Shown here: piece after piece, positions 25,159 through 35,800 of the stretch | How positions within the stretch are numbered: the first letter of the stretch is position 1 | Layout of the letters: each line of letters starts with the position of its first letter | Assembly: GCA_030583845.1 (NCBI GenBank) | Contig: CP129478.1 | Span: 473,175-511,834, forward strand | Source of the DNA: Candidatus Dojkabacteria bacterium | Lineage (GTDB): Bacteria > Patescibacteriota > Dojkabacteria > SC72 > JAHDCA01 | Length of the DNA stretch: 38,660 nt | Direction: 5' to 3' | Made by a program: the position numbers and the translations under genes | Notes under the pieces: model-generated | The model's input: the letters and a program-made list of their open reading frames with translations, nothing else | What the model was told of the DNA's origin: nothing | Databases searched by the model: none

Positions 25159-28100
25159 ATGAAATTTGTGAGTAAATTCAAATCCTTTTATGGCCGTTCT
25201 TCAAAGAGGGAACGGGCAGTAACAACCTCACTACTTGTTGTGGCAATCTTTTTTGTAACCGCCTTTATACTTTCGGCAACTGCTGAAGGTAGTTTTCTCG
25301 AACGAGTAGGCAGTTTTATCGATAGAGGTAACAACCCTGTAGGCGGAGTATTTGACCCGTCAGAGACGCCAGCGATAACATACTCTCCTTCTGCTAATGG
25401 ACCTGGTACGCCTTCTGTTGCGTTAACCTATCCACTTACGATAGATATGAATACTACACAGCCTGAAGACAGCATATACTACACAACCAACGGCACAGAT
25501 CCAACCGAATCCTCTACTCTCTATACCGGTCCTTTTCAGATCAGTACATCGATGACTGTGAAGGCTAGATCGTATGCTAATGGATATGATCCAAGTGCAA
25601 TTGCTTCAAATACTTTCTATATTGAGCTTCCAGCGAACATCGCTCCATCTGCTCAGGGTAAGAGCGTGAATACACTTGAAGATACTGCTGTAGACATCGC
25701 TCTTGAGTATACGGATTCTGATGGGCCAGGTCCTTACACTATCTCTATTGTTACTCAACCCACACTTGGATCTATTAATGTTACAGGGTCTTTCGTTACT
25801 TACACTCCTAATCCTGCAACTACTGCACCAAATACAGATTCATTTACATGGAAGGTGAATGATGGATATTCTGATTCGGGAACAGTGTCCGTTACTATAA
25901 ACATAGTATCCTCGCTTGCTTCAAATGCTGTTGTGATCGACCACGTCGCAGTGGATAATCTTTGGGACGATTTCTATGCTGACCAGTCTGCAATCAATGG
26001 TGCGGCGACGAAGCGGTTTTACTTTAGGCATGCTTCTGTTGGGGAGACGATATATAGAGGGCTGAAGTGTTTCGGCAACACAGCTCTCATTAATGGTAAT
26101 CGGTCAAATAGCTGTACAATCGGTTATACCCGTACTGGTACACACGGGGGGAGTGCAAACTCTCAGACTTTGACTCTTAGCTCTGGTTATTTTGGGACAG
26201 CAAATACCGGGATTATAGATTATTTTCGGTCTGCAACAATAACTAATAATACAGATGGAAGTAGTGGGGTAGTAATCTCAAACACAGGAACAACACTGAC
26301 TACGGCGCTTACAGGTGGAACTGATAATGACTGGGATGTGGGAGATTCATTCACAATAACCTATCAAAACTATCAAGATTTCTGGGACAGTGATTTCGCA
26401 GACCTCAGCGGCTTTATGTTTTTCTGGCACAACGGTATTGTTTCATGGCCGTACCCAGCTGATGCTGCTGTTAGTCCGCAAGGTGGACAGAATCCACCTT
26501 GGTATAATAAGACAAGTAATTTTATAGAGGGTACAGGCCGTACAATTGATGAAAACCTTGAAGATTATAGTCACCTGTATGCTGACACAACTGATGGAGG
26601 TGTAAGGGGGCTAGAGCTTGATGGCGATCTGACAGATGATTACGATGTATATTCGTATAAGCTAGGGTATGTCGATGGTATTACAGGAAGCAATACTGTT
26701 GACAACTTTTGGAACCCCAACCATGCACAGACAAATATCTCAGATCTGGAAGAGCTTTATGATGACTTGGATGCAGCTGGTTCAGATGCGACTATTGCGC
26801 TTTGGACCCTCGGCTTAGGTACACAGATAGGCACATCTGTTAGCGACTCTTTTAATGCGCAGCTTCGCAATTATGCGATAACGAATGATAAGTTTCTCTT
26901 CGATGTGGCGGATATATTTTCACATAGACCCGACGATGGGTCGCCTTGCACATACCTAAATCCGGCAGATGGCCTGGAGCACGAAGCTATGTGTCCGAAC
27001 TATTCGACAGATGCAGGTCACCTTAATGGCCTTGGAGGTCAGAGGGCGGCTCAGTCTATATGGCTCATGCTGGCTTGTATAGATGGGTGGTCGCTCTGCC
27101 CTGTTGTGGAGACTTCTACAAACAATCCTCCAAATTCGACTTTTACAGCAAGTGCTCTTACAGGTGATGCTCCATTAACGGTGAATTTTAACGGCTCGGG
27201 ATCCACAGATAGTGATGGTACTATTGTGACATACCGATGGAGCTTTGATGATGGAGTGATGCAGACCGGTAGTTCCCTTTCTCATCAGTTCACTGAGCCT
27301 GGTACATATACAGTCACTTTGACCGTGATTGATGACAATGGAGCGCAAGATGCTTTTTATAGAACGATAACTGTTACAGAGAATGGAGGGAATCAAGTCC
27401 CAGTACCATCTTTCACTATCGATACGATATCTGGTGAAGCCCCACTTACTGTAAATGTTAATGGTGGAGCCTCTTCCGATCCAGATGGGACAATCGCTAA
27501 TCCTGCAGGATATAGCTGGATTTGGGGTGATAACACTGCAAACGGGACTGGTCCAAGTACATCTCATGTATACAATTCGGCTGGAAATTACACACTTTCT
27601 CTCTTTGTTACTGACGACGATGGAAGTGTTTCGTCAAGAAGTGTGCAGGTCAGTGTCAGTAGTGCAGGAGCAAATCAAGCTCCAACAGCAGCTTTCACAC
27701 CTTCGCCTAGCAGTGGTACAGCTGCCCTGACTGTGAACGTCAATGCGAGTGCTTCCTCGGATTCAGATGGCACGATAGCAAGTTATTCATGGAACTGGGG
27801 TGATGCATCAGCTCTAGGTACAGGTCAGAATACAAGTCACCAGTATTCAAACCCTGGTGTATATACAATTGTACTAACGGTGACTGATGATGATGGAGCT
27901 ACAGATACAGCAAGCAGTAATATTACCGTGAACGCAGCTGGAGGAGGTGGTGGTGGCGGCGAGGTGGGAAATATGCTCCCCACGGCAATAATATCGATAA
28001 ACTCATATACGGTGTCGACTAATACTGTGACACTGGCTGCGAACCACTCATATGACTCTGACAGTACATCTATTACAAGTAGGGCTTGGGATCGTGACAA

Positions 28101-29607
28101 TGATGGGTTGTATGGAACGGAAGACACACCTGCGGAGCCGACAACTACGACTGTAAATCTGGTAGGGCTTGGCGCTGGCACACATACAGTAGGGCTTAAG
28201 GTGACTGATAATGAAGGGGCTACAGATACAACGACTATTACTTTTGAGTTAGGAGCGACTTCTGCGGAGCACGACTTCTACCCTTCACCAGGTTTCTTTA
28301 TATATAACCCTGCCTATCCGACTAGCCCACCTGCATCTGTTGTGAGATATGGAGAGCTCGTAGGCGGTACTGTAAATATTGCCTTCGCGCACAATCCATA
28401 CTCCTCAGACATTAATCAGAACCAAGCAAACGATGCGTGGAATGCAAATCCTACTGCTACTGGTAACGGTACAACATGTCAGGGAACTTCGGTTAACTGT
28501 ATCACTCTGTATGAGTGGGACTATCAAGGGGATGGGACGTACGATTGGTCCGGTTACTCAGCTGGAGTTCGCACAGTGGCTTTTACAGTTGCAGGAACTT
28601 ATACACCTACACTTCGTGTAACCGATAACAGTGGCAATCAATCAATCCTTTCCGGAACTCTTTACATAATCGATCCAAATGCAGGCGGAAATGCATCTCC
28701 AACAGCTTCATTTACTGCAACGCCTACATCAGGATATGATCCGCTCGATGTGGATGTGGATGCATCGGCTTCCTCAGATAGCGATGGCACAATAGTGTCA
28801 TACAGCTGGGATTGGGGTGATGGTACTCCAGACGGAAGTGGTGCCACTGCAACACACCAGTATTCATCTGCCGGAACTTATCTACTTACCCTTACGGTGG
28901 AGGATGATGAAGCGGCAACGGGTACATTTTCAAGAACCATAATAGTAAGTGAATATAATAGCCCACCAGTAGCGGCATTTACACCAAATCCCACCTCTGG
29001 GATGGAGCCTCTAATAGTCTCTGTAGATGCTAATGCCTCAACAGACAGTGATGGCACGATCTCGGGCTACAGTTGGGATTGGGGTGATGGCACGCCAGAC
29101 AGTTCGGGTGTAAGCACGAGTCATGAGTATACTAACGCGGGCAACTTCATGATCACTCTGACCGTGACAGATAATGAAGGTGCGACCGATACACAGACAG
29201 CAAATATCAATGTAACAGCGATACCGAATGTACCTCCTACAGCCAGCTTTACGATTAACACAACTACTGGAAATGCACCGCTAGCAGTTACAGTAAACGG
29301 TACTGGCTCAACAGATAGTGACGGTAGCATTTCTAGCTATAGCTGGAACTGGGGTGATGGCACATCCAACAGTAGTGGTGTGACTCCGGCAGCGCACACA
29401 TACACAAGTGGAGGAAGGTTCTTGATCACACTCACAGTTACAGACAACGATAGCGATACAGATACCTTCCAGCGTGCTGTAAGCGTGTGTGGCAATGTAT
29501 CACCTTCTTCATCGAGATTCTACCATGTGATCAATTCTGGATTGACACTGCGTGATATTCAGATAACTGCTTATACGGAGTGCGGACCTAGGGATTTGAT
29601 TAACTAG
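25159..29607 (+). CDS. Giant N-terminally anchored exoprotein (1482 aa): chitobiase-C-like, cadherin/Ig-like, ~380-aa possible esterase-like domain, and eight PKD-like repeats
   Basis: A basic N-terminus plus one hydrophobic helix (LLVVAIFFVTAFILSATA). Other elements are DSIYYTTNGTDPTESSTLYTGPF and VNTLEDTAVDIAL...FTWKVNDG. The PKD repeats have the core APLTVNxxxSxSxDSDGTIxSYSWxWGDG...H.Y...G.Y...LTVTDxxGAxD. Confidence 0.9.
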   Translation: MKFVSKFKSFYGRSSKRERAVTTSLLVVAIFFVTAFILSATAEGSFLERVGSFIDRGNNPVGGVFDPSETPAITYSPSANGPGTPSVALTYPLTIDMNTTQPEDSIYYTTNGTDPTESSTLYTGPFQISTSMTVKARSYANGYDPSAIASNTFYIELPANIAPSAQGKSVNTLEDTAVDIALEYTDSDGPGPYTISIVTQPTLGSINVTGSFVTYTPNPATTAPNTDSFTWKVNDGYSDSGTVSVTINIVSSLASNAVVIDHVAVDNLWDDFYADQSAINGAATKRFYFRHASVGETIYRGLKCFGNTALINGNRSNSCTIGYTRTGTHGGSANSQTLTLSSGYFGTANTGIIDYFRSATITNNTDGSSGVVISNTGTTLTTALTGGTDNDWDVGDSFTITYQNYQDFWDSDFADLSGFMFFWHNGIVSWPYPADAAVSPQGGQNPPWYNKTSNFIEGTGRTIDENLEDYSHLYADTTDGGVRGLELDGDLTDDYDVYSYKLGYVDGITGSNTVDNFWNPNHAQTNISDLEELYDDLDAAGSDATIALWTLGLGTQIGTSVSDSFNAQLRNYAITNDKFLFDVADIFSHRPDDGSPCTYLNPADGLEHEAMCPNYSTDAGHLNGLGGQRAAQSIWLMLACIDGWSLCPVVETSTNNPPNSTFTASALTGDAPLTVNFNGSGSTDSDGTIVTYRWSFDDGVMQTGSSLSHQFTEPGTYTVTLTVIDDNGAQDAFYRTITVTENGGNQVPVPSFTIDTISGEAPLTVNVNGGASSDPDGTIANPAGYSWIWGDNTANGTGPSTSHVYNSAGNYTLSLFVTDDDGSVSSRSVQVSVSSAGANQAPTAAFTPSPSSGTAALTVNVNASASSDSDGTIASYSWNWGDASALGTGQNTSHQYSNPGVYTIVLTVTDDDGATDTASSNITVNAAGGGGGGGEVGNMLPTAIISINSYTVSTNTVTLAANHSYDSDSTSITSRAWDRDNDGLYGTEDTPAEPTTTTVNLVGLGAGTHTVGLKVTDNEGATDTTTITFELGATSAEHDFYPSPGFFIYNPAYPTSPPASVVRYGELVGGTVNIAFAHNPYSSDINQNQANDAWNANPTATGNGTTCQGTSVNCITLYEWDYQGDGTYDWSGYSAGVRTVAFTVAGTYTPTLRVTDNSGNQSILSGTLYIIDPNAGGNASPTASFTATPTSGYDPLDVDVDASASSDSDGTIVSYSWDWGDGTPDGSGATATHQYSSAGTYLLTLTVEDDEAATGTFSRTIIVSEYNSPPVAAFTPNPTSGMEPLIVSVDANASTDSDGTISGYSWDWGDGTPDSSGVSTSHEYTNAGNFMITLTVTDNEGATDTQTANINVTAIPNVPPTASFTINTTTGNAPLAVTVNGTGSTDSDGSISSYSWNWGDGTSNSSGVTPAAHTYTSGGRFLITLTVTDNDSDTDTFQRAVSVCGNVSPSSSRFYHVINSGLTLRDIQITAYTECGPRDLIN
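27121..27934 (+). repeat. Three tandem PKD-like coding repeats (~85-90 codons each), followed by a poly-Gly run at 27941-27961
   Basis: Repeat starts are at ~27121, ~27390 and ~27669. They share the blocks APLTVN, DSDGTI, W.WGD and LTVTDDDG. Confidence 0.8.
28684..29485 (+). repeat. Three tandem PKD-like coding repeats at the C-terminal end of the first giant gene
   Basis: Repeat starts are at ~28684, ~28960 and ~29225. The motifs are SPTASFTATPTSG..., PPVAAFTPNPTSG... and PPTASFTINTTTG..., each followed by S.DSDG.I..YSW.WGDGT. Confidence 0.8.
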
Positions 29608-29670
29608 GTTGAAAAAATCGGGGAAATTTCTTACCGTATATGCATAGGACTAGGTTTATTTGCTCTGCCC

Positions 29671-32600
29671 ATGTGGATGAAGGTTATTGGACTAGATAAT
29701 AAAGCAAAAGTCGCTACCGCTGTAATATCGCTGGGTTTTCTTGTTTATCTTTTATCTTATCCTTCACTGGTTTTAGACTCTCCTGAGCTTATGAAGGCAC
29801 CGGAGCAGAGCCTCGGATTGGGCACAGTGAGCGAGTTTCTGACAACTCAAGGATTGAATGTACCATTTGTTGTTGATAAGTTTCCCGACGATAGCTTGTA
29901 CAAATCTGCAGTGACATGGTTTGGAGATGTTCACGAAGATCCTTCGCAAGCGATACAGAATAACTCGGTACTTACAAGGGTCTACTATTACGATAAAGGG
30001 GCTGGAGCCAACGGCGATGATGAGTTTGACAGAGGATTGCAGATGTTCTCGCATGTAATTGACAGGAGGCTTTATTACGATACTACCAACCCCTATGACG
30101 ATCCACAATTATGGGACTCAGTTAGCTACTACTTCTATAAGAGCAATTCACCTGGAAGCACGCTTAACAGCAATGCATATAAAATAACGTTAGGTTTTAA
30201 CGGCAATCAGACCCTCTATACGACAAATCATCTGAAGGCTTGGCAAGATGCTAATAATGATGGCTTATGGGAGCCAAAAACAATTGATGGATACTGTCCG
30301 GATGGCTGTAATATAAGAGTTTTTAGCAATTACGAGGGCAATGGTACGAATGCTGCATCGGATAACCGTGGTTGGCGTATGCAGATCGACCTCCCATTCA
30401 ATTTCTTCGCGAACGACATCATGTATAAGCCGGATCCAGGTGATATCTGGCGCTGGGCTATAGAGGTAAACGATAAGGATAGCTCTGGTGGCAGTGTGTC
30501 ACAGGAAAGATGGCCTACAGGCGCCAATCTCACTAACCCCTCGACATGGGCACAGATGCGCTTCGGCGATGACAATTTAACAGCAGACGATGAAGTGTAT
30601 GTGCCGGATACAGCAGGGACGAGCGGCACTGTAACAATCATTAACAATGTGAATGGTGCGGTCACAGAAGATATCGCTGTAGGTGGTGGTAGTCTATGCG
30701 GTGCACTCACCCAAGAGGAGAATGTCGATGACTTCAGGTATTCGAGTGGTGCATTCGCGGCAGATGGATGGGGCTATCGTATCTACGACGATGCAACCCT
30801 GCCAGCACAATACGAATTTCTGAATATACAAAATCAGAACAATGTCGCAGATTGGCCATGCTTCTCTCGACCATATTTTAAATTTCCAACCACACCTGTA
30901 CCTAGCGGCAAAGTGATCGAGTCGGCGACTTTGAAGCTATTTCAGTTTGGAAATGCGGGGCCATCGCTTTATGGCGCGCCAAAAACCTCCCCGACGATTG
31001 TAGAATTAAACGGAGAGACATATGGTTTGGCCGGGCATGAGGATGGGGAGTTCAGCGGATTTTATCGATCGGGAGGTGTGTGGGATCAAGATGGGCCGAT
31101 CACTGCAGGAATTGCGAGTGGGACATTTGGCCAGGAAGCGGATCCCGACTTCATTAGAACCACGCTCTTTGACGGGGCTAACGGACGGTTCCTTCTAGTG
31201 GGCAGAGAAGATGGTACATTCTACGGCGCTGAGTGGGATGGAGACTCATGGGCTTCGGCTCCGATAATTGCCGGTTTAGGTGATCTAGGTGGGTACACAT
31301 CACCGACACTGTTTACCTACAACAGCAACCTTTACACGATAGTAAGTCGTTACAATTCGGGTGGTTCCAATTACGGCCTCCTTGCTTATCGATGGAATAG
31401 TGTTGGGCAGACTTGGGAGGCACAAACTGGTGTCTCAAGTATGATTAATGGACTTGAATCGGTCAGCTCTTCAGGCCGGATGGACCCAGATGTATTTACC
31501 CTCTCTGGCACACTTTATATGATCATAGGAAACCAGAATGGGACGATGACGGGATATCAATTTAATGGGACAGCCTGGTCTTCAAGTAGTGCGATAGTTT
31601 CGGGTTTGCAAGATGTCGGAGATGAGGCAAAGCCCGATTACTTCGTCCATAACGATGGGTCGGGAAGCGATGAATACCTTCTTGTCGGGGAACAAGATGA
31701 CCAGTACTACATATACTCGTTTAACAGCTCGAATCAGTGGCAACTCTTGAAGTATCATCCGATGAACAATGGCCTCTGGGCTGCTGTCTCATTGCTGCAA
31801 GTGTATGAGGTCAATGGAGATGTTGAGGATACAACGATGAATTGGAACAATGCCCCACAGGTTACCCAGAATGCCGCTGCAGCCTATGCGTGTGACATCC
31901 GTGAATATCATAATGCAGGTTATGACGATCAGGAGGTGCACCAGCCACAATGTGAAAATTCAAACCTCACTATGGCGATGGATGGAAGTGTAGCTCATGC
32001 GAGAATCGACATCGATGTGACAAGGCTTGTCGCTGAAGCATATGAAGATAGTAGATCACCCGCGAAATTTGCCGTCTATACAGCCGATCTGCCTCTACAC
32101 TCTGGCAAGTATTTTAGGAGCTCTGAAACGTCTGATCCTAATTTTAGGCCTCAATTAACCATAGTGTATGGTGAGCCGGGAACTCCAAACCAGGCTCCGA
32201 CCGCTCAATTTACACAAAGCGGCAGGGTAGGCATCTCACCATACCAGGTGACATTCAATGCATCTGCTTCGACAGATAGTGATGGTACGATTGCAAGCTA
32301 TAGTTGGAATTTTGACGATGGTAGTAGTGGGACAGGGCAGCAGGTGAGCCATACATTCAACGGGGCAGACAGCTATGATGTAACGCTCACGGTAACCGAC
32401 AATGATGGAGCCCAATCAACCGTGACTTATCTTGTATCGACCTGTCAGGTAGTGCCTGCAAATCAGGCTCGCGGACGGTGGTGGAAGATACGACCAAACT
32501 ATCAGTTCAGTGGGAATGTGCTGAATTGTGGGCCAGTAATGGGCTCAGCTGATGGTGAGAATATGGCTATTAATAGCTCGGATGTTGAGGAGATAATTAA

Positions 32601-32829
32601 GACGCTTGAGTTGGTGGAGGAGCCTACTGATAGTGAAGATAGAAGCGTCGCAGAGAATACTCTTGCAATGATAAATCTGGTCGGTGCAAGCAGTGATTCC
32701 GCCTCTGATGTGAGCTATCTGATAAATAAGGAGGAAAGGAGTTCCAAAGATTTTCGCTACTCGAGTTTCTATACAGTACTCTATTCACCCAGAATTATTA
32801 ATGAGTTAGTTCAACCGCCTAGATTATGA
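29671..32829 (+). CDS. Giant N-terminally anchored exoprotein (1052 aa) with a five-fold ~50-aa repeat block (probable beta-propeller), one PKD-like repeat and an acidic C-terminal tail
   Basis: The hydrophobic N-terminal helix is VATAVISLGFLVYLLSYPSLVL. The repeats lie at ~30998-31790. The PKD-like repeat lies at ~32190-32440 (APTAQFTQSGRVGISPYQVTFNASASTDSDGTIASYSWNFDDG). TGA stop. Confidence 0.9.
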   Translation: MWMKVIGLDNKAKVATAVISLGFLVYLLSYPSLVLDSPELMKAPEQSLGLGTVSEFLTTQGLNVPFVVDKFPDDSLYKSAVTWFGDVHEDPSQAIQNNSVLTRVYYYDKGAGANGDDEFDRGLQMFSHVIDRRLYYDTTNPYDDPQLWDSVSYYFYKSNSPGSTLNSNAYKITLGFNGNQTLYTTNHLKAWQDANNDGLWEPKTIDGYCPDGCNIRVFSNYEGNGTNAASDNRGWRMQIDLPFNFFANDIMYKPDPGDIWRWAIEVNDKDSSGGSVSQERWPTGANLTNPSTWAQMRFGDDNLTADDEVYVPDTAGTSGTVTIINNVNGAVTEDIAVGGGSLCGALTQEENVDDFRYSSGAFAADGWGYRIYDDATLPAQYEFLNIQNQNNVADWPCFSRPYFKFPTTPVPSGKVIESATLKLFQFGNAGPSLYGAPKTSPTIVELNGETYGLAGHEDGEFSGFYRSGGVWDQDGPITAGIASGTFGQEADPDFIRTTLFDGANGRFLLVGREDGTFYGAEWDGDSWASAPIIAGLGDLGGYTSPTLFTYNSNLYTIVSRYNSGGSNYGLLAYRWNSVGQTWEAQTGVSSMINGLESVSSSGRMDPDVFTLSGTLYMIIGNQNGTMTGYQFNGTAWSSSSAIVSGLQDVGDEAKPDYFVHNDGSGSDEYLLVGEQDDQYYIYSFNSSNQWQLLKYHPMNNGLWAAVSLLQVYEVNGDVEDTTMNWNNAPQVTQNAAAAYACDIREYHNAGYDDQEVHQPQCENSNLTMAMDGSVAHARIDIDVTRLVAEAYEDSRSPAKFAVYTADLPLHSGKYFRSSETSDPNFRPQLTIVYGEPGTPNQAPTAQFTQSGRVGISPYQVTFNASASTDSDGTIASYSWNFDDGSSGTGQQVSHTFNGADSYDVTLTVTDNDGAQSTVTYLVSTCQVVPANQARGRWWKIRPNYQFSGNVLNCGPVMGSADGENMAINSSDVEEIIKTLELVEEPTDSEDRSVAENTLAMINLVGASSDSASDVSYLINKEERSSKDFRYSSFYTVLYSPRIINELVQPPRL

Positions 32830-32833
32830 TAGT

Positions 32834-35800
32834 ATGGAAAAGCTTATAATGGTCAACAAACTGTTGAAGAATCGAAAAATCCAGCTTCTGATTGCTGTCC
32901 TGCTCGTGGTAACGCTAGGGGGTGTTCTACTTACCCAATCAAGGATTAATTCAAATTTTATCAGATCAACTTTAGGACTAAATAACCCTAGCGAGGAGGG
33001 TGAATCTAACAGTGACGACACCCAAAGTGGTGTAGTTCAGCCCGATGCTGAGCCAGTGCCTTCTGGGGTACCAAATTCAGATTCAGGCAATAGCAGTGGC
33101 CGTGGAGAGAGCGGTCCAGAGGGTGCTCCTGTAGATATACCAAACGATGTACCGCAGGCCAACAATACATTTGCCGTCACCAGTATGAACGAGGCGGTGT
33201 CTATTACTCTTAGCTACGTTGATTACAAAGAGGGCTCATCAGGCGCAAACAGAATATTCAATATTACGGGTAACCCATCTAATGGTAGCCTCTCCGGCAC
33301 AGGCTCAACAAGAACTTATACTCCGAGTAGCAATTTCTCAGGTACCGACACGGTTACATGGACTGTATCTGACGGTACATACACCTCGACCCCGGGAACG
33401 GTGAAAATTGTAGTGCAAGATGAAACATATACCGATGGCTGGTATACAGTCGGGGCTAATTCTCAACGAACATCGTGGGTTGGAGAAAGCGTTACAAACT
33501 CAACTGGTATGCTTTGGTATACACCGGTTCAAGCATATATAACGCAACATACGCAAATAATTGCCAGCGATGGGAAGCTTTTCATCAGTACTGCTAAGGG
33601 CTTGTATGCTTTAGATGCTACAACAGGCTTGGTTGCATGGAAGTTTAATACCGAGATGCCGATTGGCAATTCGCCAACGGTATTTGACGACGTAGTATAT
33701 GTCGGTGGATATGATAAAAAGTTATATGCACTGGATGTCTCAACTGGTACACAGCTGTCATCGGGTAGCTGGCCTTTTGCTGACGCTACTGCCGGGTACA
33801 GCGCCAATCCGCTAGTTATCCGAGATTCACACACAAACAACCAGACGGTAATAATAGCTCCAAATCGAGATGGATATGTATACTTTATCGGTGGGAAGAA
33901 TCATCCGAACGAAGGCGATTCATTCCGTACAATAAATATCGGTGCTCCGATGTCATTTTCACCGGCCTATAAAGATGGGATCGTCTACTTTGCGGCTCAA
34001 GATAACTATGCCTATGCATACAATGTCTCAACTGGTGCACAGATCTGGAAATCGCCCAAGCTAAGAGGTGATGGATTTCAATCTTACTTTCCAGTCATTT
34101 ATGATGACATGCTTTTCCTGAGCCGTGCTCATGATGAAGTTTATGAAGATACTGGAAATCGTGTAAGCTGCACATGGAATGTAAATGAGGACAACCCAGG
34201 AACTGTCGCTCCGGGGAAAATGCTCGGGACAATTACCACTCCGTCAAATTGGAGCAATGGCAACCCAATAACTTCATTTGGTAATACGCTTCTTGAGTGC
34301 TTGGAAGATAACATCAATAATGCAAACCCATCTGCTGGCGGGCATCAGCACAAGAGTCATATACGAGGCTATATAGTGCTTGATATGGATAACGGCACGG
34401 AAGTGAGGATGTGGGATCATGATAGCGATGGATTCTTGGAGTATTTCCCAGCGATCATGGATGGCACGGGGTCGGGTAACAGACAGCCCGGTCTTGTTGA
34501 CCCCGGAGGAAATCTTTTCTATTCAACCCAGTCTGCTTTATGTTGCTCAGATGCGAAGGGAATGATCTACGGCTGGGATAAAGATTATCCGTATAATTTC
34601 TCAATGACAGCTGGGTATCCGTCAAATTTCGCATTTCGCGGTAATACCTCTGTGGATCCAAATGGCGATACGATGACCTATTCATGGAATTTTGATGATG
34701 GGACTACATCTACTTCGCAAAATCCAAGCAAGGGGTACAAGCCGGTAAAGCATACGTACAATGTCACACTCACAGTGACTGACTCACAGGGTAATTCCTC
34801 AACAGATACACAGATGCTCAAAGTCCCGTACGACCCCAGTGAAAATCAGTATCCGATCGCAAGATTCACAGCCAATAGCTATTCTGGCAGCGCTCCACTA
34901 AATGTAAGTTTTAACGGCTCAACCTCTTGGGATCCTCTAAACACAAACGCACTTACATATGCTTGGGACTTTAACGGTGATGCTATAACTGACTCGACTG
35001 CCTCGGCACCTTCATATAACTTCTCATCAAATGGGACGTACAATGTAACGCTAACTGTAACCGATCCCGAAGGACTTACAGACACCGCTACAGGTAGGAT
35101 AGTTGTGGGCAGTAGCCCGGGTAATCAACCTCCATGGGCGCGAATAAATATGCTATTTACAGGCATTACTTGGCAAGGAGCTGGTTGGCATGCTATGGCT
35201 GAGCCTCAAGCGCTTTCTGGGGGTGGGAATGTAATATACCGCAATCTTTGCTGCGATCGAATCGGCGACTGGTCTTCAATATACAATTCGAGCAACCTAC
35301 CTAGGCAATCTGGAACATTATGGGACTACAATAATTCGCTTAATTTACAAACAGACGATGGCTATCTTGCATATTGGCAACGATATCCGTTTACATCAGG
35401 TCTTTACAATTGGTACCAAGGCTATGAGGATGAATATGTCGACAACTCCTATGATGAATATACATATGTCGCGACAAACGGTATCTATAACAACCATGGA
35501 GACCAGAATCCAATCATTCCGTATAATGGCAGGCTTTATGTCCACCGCGGAAATACCATCATCGCTTTTGGCCCGGGTGGCGGATCTGCTACTGAAAATC
35601 CACATGTTACAGCTGTGGATGTTGAGACTACTACGGCTGTAAATACTTCAGCATTGCAGATCAAGCTCGAGACTGAAGTCGCTAAAATACTCAATGTATA
35701 CGACTCACTTGGCAAGGTTGGGAACGCAAGGTTCTTGAGACCAGGCGATTACACTATGTCACAGTGGAGTTATGAAAGTATCGTTGGTGAATATTTCCAA

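Noticed and set aside
27121-29485. Periodic ~255-270-bp DNA repeats as a CRISPR-like array, or as a DGR template/variable repeat pair
   Set aside because: The periodicity is that of in-frame PKD-domain coding repeats. The copies are diverged throughout rather than being identical short repeats with unique spacers. No cas genes or reverse transcriptase are present. I saw no pair of near-identical segments differing only at adenines.
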